A stretch of 64,000 nucleotides of DNA from Candidatus Eremiobacteria bacterium (lineage in GTDB: Bacteria > Vulcanimicrobiota > Vulcanimicrobiia > Vulcanimicrobiales > Vulcanimicrobiaceae): contig CAVTRC010000001.1 in assembly GCA_963737065.1 (NCBI GenBank), positions 137,898-201,897 on the forward strand, written 5' to 3'. The notes under the pieces were generated by a model. That model was not told where the DNA came from, did not search any database, and was given only the letters and a program-made list of their open reading frames with translations. A program made the position numbers and the translations under genes. Shown here piece by piece: positions 59,169 to 64,000 of this stretch. Position 1 is the stretch's first letter. Every line of letters begins with the position of its first letter.

Positions 59169-59690
59169 ATGAGGCGGCGTATACGCAGCGCAATGAAGCC
59201 GCAAATCCTCGGAGCGCTCGTATTGGCGACGGCGGCTACTGCGCTGCCCTTCGTCGAAACATCGGCGACCGTTCTTCCGCCGCTCGCAGGATCACGATGT
59301 CCGCTCGCGCAATCCGGCCGAGCGCTCGCGCAATACATCGGGCCACAGCGTAGAGCAAACGAAATCACGCAGATCGCAGTGCTGTCTAAATACGATTCAG
59401 TCTTAGGCTGGATCTACTACACATTCAGCGGCCAAGAATGGTTTGAGCCGAACTTCACCGTTGCGTTAAGCGCAACGTCAAGCCGGATCGTGAACGGAAA
59501 GTCCTCCGGCGGCGTGGCATATCTCCGCGCGCACGATGCCGTCGCGATACATGCTGCAACACTCGACGTCGTACGACTCTACGGCTTACCGGCATCGGAC
59601 CTTCCCGCTGGCTATTCCGTCGAGTCGCTAGCGGCAAAGGACGTCACACTAGCGAACTGTTTCAGCCGTCCCTACGAAGGAGCGCAGTAA
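59169..59690 (+). CDS. hypothetical secreted protein
   Basis: Start at the internal ATG (MRRRIRSAMKPQILGALVLATAATA, signal-like). Confidence 0.5.
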   Translation: MRRRIRSAMKPQILGALVLATAATALPFVETSATVLPPLAGSRCPLAQSGRALAQYIGPQRRANEITQIAVLSKYDSVLGWIYYTFSGQEWFEPNFTVALSATSSRIVNGKSSGGVAYLRAHDAVAIHAATLDVVRLYGLPASDLPAGYSVESLAAKDVTLANCFSRPYEGAQ

Positions 59691-59911
59691 GCTGCGAAGC
59701 TCGCCGTTTCGGCGCGTGCAGCCTTCATACGTAAAGCGTGGGGGCGCGGGCCCGCAACCGCGTGAAGAGCGCGTCGCTACGAGCAATCGCGTGTAATGCT
59801 TGCTTCAGCTCGATGCGGCGCAAGACTTCGCCGGGGTGATAGATGGCGCGAACCTCGTGCGTCCGCTTGAAGCGACGAGCCGTGGAACTGCGATGGCCAT
59901 AACGGTTGAAA

Positions 59912-60445
59912 TCATGGCAGCCTCATCAGCCGATAACGCAGCATCGCCGCGAGCGTCACCGCGTCGTCGATCGTGCCGTCGAGCGCGGCGCGATACGCGT
60001 CGTCGATCGGCATGCGCACTTCTTTGATCTCTTCGACGTGTTCTTGATCCGTCTCTACGCGCAGCAGTCGTGACGCGAGGAACAGAGCAACGGGGGAATC
60101 CATGATCGACGGAATCTCATACGTTGCGCCGAGCGGTGTCCATTGCGCCGCGTGGAGACCGAGTTCTTCTCGCAACTCCCTTTTCGCGCAATCGAATGCG
60201 GATTCGCCGTCGCCCGCGCCCCCTTTCACAATCTCCACGTATTGCGCGCGCGCGCCGAAGCGCGGCTGCGACGCGAAAAGAAACGCATCGCCTTCAACGA
60301 CGAGCACGCCGCTCGGGCGGCCGCCCACAACCAATACGTGTTCACCGCGTGCGCCCGTTGGATGGACGATCTCGTGCACCTCGACCGCAAGCCACGGATT
60401 GCGGTACACCTCGCGCTTCGCGATGCGCTGATAGGGATCGTTCAT
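59912..60445 (-). CDS. NUDIX hydrolase (ADP-ribose pyrophosphatase-like)
   Basis: GGAGDGESAFDCAKRELREELGL (the Nudix box GX5EX7REUXEEXGU). Confidence 0.85.
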   Translation of the reverse strand: MNDPYQRIAKREVYRNPWLAVEVHEIVHPTGARGEHVLVVGGRPSGVLVVEGDAFLFASQPRFGARAQYVEIVKGGAGDGESAFDCAKRELREELGLHAAQWTPLGATYEIPSIMDSPVALFLASRLLRVETDQEHVEEIKEVRMPIDDAYRAALDGTIDDAVTLAAMLRYRLMRLP

Positions 60446-60489
60446 AGGACGTTCCTTTCCGGGGGGACGGCCGACCCGTCCTTGCGAAC

Positions 60490-62025
60490 GTGCGCGGAAT
60501 GTCCTTTGTGTCCCAGCTGTTCGCGACGACGAACGTCGACAAACTTCGCGCGCTCGGTGCGCAGAGAATTCTCAAACGAGCGCTCACGGCAAAGGACCTG
60601 GTCGCGATCGGCCTCGGCACGATGATCGGCGGCGGCATCTTCACGACGATCGGCACGGGCGTCAAAGGCGCCGGCCCGGCGGTCATCGTCTCATATCTGC
60701 TCGCCGGACTCACGTCGTTCTTCGCGGCGCTCTGCTATGCGGAACTCGGATCGATGGTTCCGGTCGCGGGAAGTGCCTACACGTACGCGTATGCAACGCT
60801 CGGCAAACTCTTTGCATGGATCATCGGATTCGCGTTGATTTTCGAATACGGCATTAGTGCCGCGCCGGTCGCACAGCAATTTTCCGCTGCGATTCAAGAC
60901 GTGCTAAAGACGATTGGAATCGCACTTCCAAACTGGGCCCAACAGTCGAATCTGATCATGCACGGACCGTGGTGGCAGATCTGGACGTGGGATTTCGCGC
61001 ACTCGCAGTACGACCTCGTCGGTGCCTTGTTCGTGATCGGCCTATCGATGATTCTCTCGGTCGGCATCCGTGAATCGGCGACGACGAACAACGTCTTCGT
61101 CGTACTCAAAATCTCAGCACTCATCATTTTCGTCATTGCGGGCGTGTCGCTATTTCACGGCGCACATTTCGCTCAGTTTGCGCCGCACGGATGGGGCGCG
61201 CTTCAACCGTTCGGCGGCATGGCGGATTACATGTCGTCGGCGCAGCCGTACGGTATCATTGCGATCTCGGCATACGTCTTCTTCAGCTACATCGGGTTTG
61301 ATACGGCAACGACGACCGCGGAAGAATGTAAGAATCCTCAATTCGACGTGCCGATGGGTGTGATGGGCGCTCTTGCGATCGGAACGCTCATCTATTGCGC
61401 TACCGCGATCATCCTCATCGGTGCCGTACCGTGGAATCAAGTGCCGATCAAAGACCCGCTCGTGTACGCGCTTGCACCATTGCATCAGCCTTGGCTCACA
61501 TGGGTGATTACGATCGGCGTGCTCGCGGGAACGACCAGCGTCGCGCTAAGCTCGCTGCTCGGTCAGACGCGTATCTTTTACGTTATGGCGCGCGATAAGA
61601 TGCTTCCCGACGCTGTCGCGTACGTCAATCCGCGTTTCAAAACGCCGGTCCGCACCACGATGCTGACCGGCGTTGCGGTCGCGCTTCTCACGCTGATCGT
61701 ACCGCTCAATGAGTTGCTGAATCTCGTGAACATTGGAACGCTCATCGCCTTCACCGTCGTCTGCGGAGGCGTCATCTACCTGCGCAAGCGCCGACCGGAT
61801 CTCCCGCGCGCGTTCCGCGTGCCGTTCGTGCCGCTCTTCCCGATCCTCGGCATCGTATGCTCGCTTTTCCTCGCGATCTTTGGGCTGTCGAGAACCACCT
61901 GGTCGTGGTTTGCCGGAGCGCTGATCGTCGGCTTGATCTTCTTCTTTAGCTACGGCTTCCGTAAATCGAATCCCGAAAACGTTAAGCCGGTGGAAGAGCC
62001 CGAAGGCCTCGCGGAATACGCGTGA
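60490..62025 (+). CDS. APC-superfamily amino acid permease (cationic amino acid transporter-like)
   Basis: LTAKDLVAIGLGTMIGGGIF...YAELGSMVPVAGSAYTY. About 12-14 TM helices. Confidence 0.9.
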   Translation: MRGMSFVSQLFATTNVDKLRALGAQRILKRALTAKDLVAIGLGTMIGGGIFTTIGTGVKGAGPAVIVSYLLAGLTSFFAALCYAELGSMVPVAGSAYTYAYATLGKLFAWIIGFALIFEYGISAAPVAQQFSAAIQDVLKTIGIALPNWAQQSNLIMHGPWWQIWTWDFAHSQYDLVGALFVIGLSMILSVGIRESATTNNVFVVLKISALIIFVIAGVSLFHGAHFAQFAPHGWGALQPFGGMADYMSSAQPYGIIAISAYVFFSYIGFDTATTTAEECKNPQFDVPMGVMGALAIGTLIYCATAIILIGAVPWNQVPIKDPLVYALAPLHQPWLTWVITIGVLAGTTSVALSSLLGQTRIFYVMARDKMLPDAVAYVNPRFKTPVRTTMLTGVAVALLTLIVPLNELLNLVNIGTLIAFTVVCGGVIYLRKRRPDLPRAFRVPFVPLFPILGIVCSLFLAIFGLSRTTWSWFAGALIVGLIFFFSYGFRKSNPENVKPVEEPEGLAEYA

Positions 62026-62414
62026 AGCTACCGTTTGATCCGCCGACCGTTCAACGAAAGGACGTTCGGGCGCTGTCGGCCGTATTCGTCAGCGTGCTCT
62101 TCGGTCTCGGCGCATATTGCGCAGCGATGCGCGGTACGTTCTACCCGGACAAACCGTACTGGCACGTCCTCGGAACGTTTCTTCTATCGAACGCTGTGGC
62201 ATGGGTGCTCATCATTTTCGTGGTACGGCCGCTTCGTGGAATGCCGCCGCTGATTCGAAAGAGGCCGCAAGACGATTTCGAAACGTGGCTTACGGGTTAT
62301 GGCTTTCGTTGGGGGCGCTTACGTGAACGGTACAGCACGAACGAACTGATTTGGCTCTTTGGTGTGCTCGTGGTCCCCTGCGTCGCCGCATTCGTCTCGT
62401 CTATACGAATGTAG
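62022..62414 (+). CDS. hypothetical membrane protein
   Basis: The GTG start overlaps the permease TGA (GTGA). Three hydrophobic helices. Confidence 0.5.
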   Translation: MKLPFDPPTVQRKDVRALSAVFVSVLFGLGAYCAAMRGTFYPDKPYWHVLGTFLLSNAVAWVLIIFVVRPLRGMPPLIRKRPQDDFETWLTGYGFRWGRLRERYSTNELIWLFGVLVVPCVAAFVSSIRM

Positions 62415-62449
62415 ACCGAACGCAAGCGGTCCCGGGGCGCCAAGGAAAG

Positions 62450-62920
62450 TTATTGTGTGTCGGGTGACGCGGGCGTGGCGGCGGTACCGAGGCCGGAGAG
62501 GATTTCTACGCGCGCACTTCGCGCGTTGTAGCTGGCGCTGACGCCGAAAGCATCGGCGATCGGTTTGAGCCCGATCATAACGCGGCCGCGAACGCGAAAC
62601 GGCGCGTGATGCATCGTGAAATGCATGCCGTTGATCGTTGCCTTGTCGCTGCCCAGTTGGACGCGTAGCGATCGCGTGCCGCGCACAACGAAGATCTTGT
62701 CTCCGTCGAGGATCGTTTGCGCGCCGAGCGCATCCGCGACCGACCGTAGCGGCACGTAGACGCGTTGCGCCGAAGTTGTGACGGGCGGCACGTCGCTCTG
62801 CACCGGTTGACCATCGACGAGCATGTCGACCGGCCGCGAGAAGGTCAGTATTCCACCGCACGCCGTTGCAACGATCGCGGTGACGATCAGCGTTTGCGCG
62901 CGCGGCCAGCGGTACACCAC
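62450..62920 (-). CDS. copper-amine-oxidase N-terminal ('stalk') domain protein
   Basis: VYVPLRSVADALGAQ and GRVMIGLKPIADAFGV are two stalk-type half-motifs. GTG at 62920 overlaps the ispG TAG by 1 nt. Confidence 0.6.
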   Translation of the reverse strand: MVYRWPRAQTLIVTAIVATACGGILTFSRPVDMLVDGQPVQSDVPPVTTSAQRVYVPLRSVADALGAQTILDGDKIFVVRGTRSLRVQLGSDKATINGMHFTMHHAPFRVRGRVMIGLKPIADAFGVSASYNARSARVEILSGLGTAATPASPDTQ

Positions 62921-64000
62921 TAATGAGCCTGTCCTGAACCTGTCGAAGGATGTTCCGGGTATTTTTCTGCGATCACTTTCTCGATTTCTAGTCGCAACAT
63001 GCCGAGAAGTTGATCTTCGGGAAACGTGCCGACCAGCTCACCCGCGCGGTAGATCGCACCCTTACCCTTGCCGCCCGCTACGCCGACGTCGGCCATCTTC
63101 GATTCGCCTGGGCCATTGACGACGCAGCCCATGACGGCTACTTTCACAGGCGCCGTATACTCTTTCGCAATCGCTTCGACCGCGCGCCCCAGTTCAAGCA
63201 CCGAAATTTCGGCGCGCCCGCACGACGGGCATGCGGTGATTTCGAATCCTTTTTCGCGCAAGCCGAGCGACTTCAAAATCGACCAGCACACCGGCACTTC
63301 TTCGATCGGATCGGCTGCAAGCGACACGCGGACTGTATCGCCGATGCCTTCGAAGAGAAGAATGCCCAGACCAATCGAGGATTTGATCGTGCCGTCGCGG
63401 AGCAGTCCCGCTTCCGTGATGCCGAGATGCAGCGGATATGGCGTGTCGCGCTCGCGAAGGCGTTTGTCCATCAGGCGATACGCTGCAACGGTCGTCATAA
63501 CGTCGTGCGCTTTGAGCGAGATTGCGATATCGTGGTGGCCGTACTCCTCGATCAGTTCCACGTGGCGCAACGCAGACTCGACCATAGCCTCCGCCGTGTG
63601 GCCGAGCGTCTTCTCGAGATCGGGCGCAAGCGAACCCATGTTCACGCCGACCCGAATCGGAATACCCTTTGCTTTCGCCGCCGTGACCACTTCGGCGACC
63701 TTCTTCGGATCGCGAATGTTGCCCGGATTGAGCCGCAACTTCGCGACCCCGGCTTCGATTGCGGCGAGCGCCATTTTGTGATCGAAATGAATGTCCGCGA
63801 CGATCGGAACGGGCGAACGATAGACGATCGCCGGAAGTCCGGCGGCGTCGGGTGGGTCTTTCACGGTCACGCGAACGACTTCACACCCTTCCATTGCAAG
63901 GCCGTAAATCTGTTCGAGCGTTTTATCGGCGTCCGCTGTATCCGTCGTCGTCATTGACTGCACGACAACGGGATGATCGCCGCCGATCCACACGCTCTTC
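62920..64000 (-). CDS. ispG: 4-hydroxy-3-methylbut-2-enyl-diphosphate synthase IspG (5' end beyond the window)
   Basis: IGGDHPVVVQSMT, RVGVNMGSL, CPSCGR, and MGCVVNGPGE (Fe-S ligands). Confidence 0.9.
   Translation of the reverse strand, partial: KSVWIGGDHPVVVQSMTTTDTADADKTLEQIYGLAMEGCEVVRVTVKDPPDAAGLPAIVYRSPVPIVADIHFDHKMALAAIEAGVAKLRLNPGNIRDPKKVAEVVTAAKAKGIPIRVGVNMGSLAPDLEKTLGHTAEAMVESALRHVELIEEYGHHDIAISLKAHDVMTTVAAYRLMDKRLRERDTPYPLHLGITEAGLLRDGTIKSSIGLGILLFEGIGDTVRVSLAADPIEEVPVCWSILKSLGLREKGFEITACPSCGRAEISVLELGRAVEAIAKEYTAPVKVAVMGCVVNGPGESKMADVGVAGGKGKGAIYRAGELVGTFPEDQLLGMLRLEIEKVIAEKYPEHPSTGSGQAH
62925..62950. repeat. copy (c) of the short dispersed repeat, forming the last codons of ispG
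   Basis: GAGCCTGTCCTGAACCTGTCGAAGGA. The minus-strand translation is HPSTGSGQAH*. Confidence 0.7.

Noticed and set aside
59700-59911. Start-less minus-strand open frame of about 65 codons (…RFKRTHEVRAIYHPGEVLRRIELKQ…) downstream of the NUDIX gene; HPGEVL recalls the HPGEIL motif of HigA-type antitoxins
   Set aside because: It has no ATG/GTG/TTG. Similarity is limited to one hexapeptide and no partner toxin ORF is present. It cannot be supported as a gene. It may be a decayed remnant, and a profile search would be needed to decide.

Overview
High-GC bacterial chromosomal segment, gene-dense, with many 1-4 nt start/stop overlaps. I found no rRNA, CRISPR array, transposase, integrase or phage genes. 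All calls come from reading the translated ORFs and the DNA by eye; no BLAST or HMM search was possible.

Contents, left to right:
- Small housekeeping and hypothetical genes, including an FmdB zinc ribbon, an M20 amidohydrolase, a hemerythrin and a bactofilin.
- A minus-strand tRNA cluster, tRNA-Met / small Cys-His ORF / tRNA-Arg(CCG) / tadA / tRNA-Ser(CGA), followed further on by tRNA-Arg(ACG) and tRNA-Ser(GCT).
- A secreted protease with two retropepsin-type domains and a Pro/Thr-linker lipoprotein.
- A long minus-strand block whose order strongly resembles the Firmicutes rpsU-yqeY-nfeD-floA-phoH-ybeY-dgkA-cdd-recO and ruvX-DUF1292-mltG regions. No era gene is present in it.
- A GT2/GT4/pyrG/prmC/prfA/rpmE block, then leuCD.
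- A tightly coupled plus-strand operon: CoA-binding protein, LuxE-like, LuxC-like, class-III aminotransferase, Gfo/Idh/MocA oxidoreductase.
- An NAD block: cinA, a SirC-like gene, and nadE with a separate CN-hydrolase subunit.
- glpX, then a membrane glycosylation trio (PIG-V-like, GtrA, GT39), proS, a PduO-type adenosyltransferase fused in an operon with a TonB-dependent receptor, an amino-acid permease and ispG (cut by the right edge).

Most notable observations:
1. The LuxE/LuxC/aminotransferase operon is a candidate carboxylate-to-aldehyde-to-amine module.
2. A 53-bp hairpin-forming tandem repeat sits exactly at the luxE/luxC junction. It builds a relay of ATGA-overlapping 18-codon mini-ORFs.
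3. A short repeat family coding 'PSTGSGQ' has three copies. One is inserted in frame in prfA and one supplies the C-terminus and stop context of ispG.
4. tadA and an SDR gene each show a +1 reading-frame break. A third, weaker case lies at 233-566. Assembly indels must be excluded.
5. phoH has a conserved N-terminus that extends upstream of any ATG/GTG/TTG. recO and the GT28 gene show the same less clearly.
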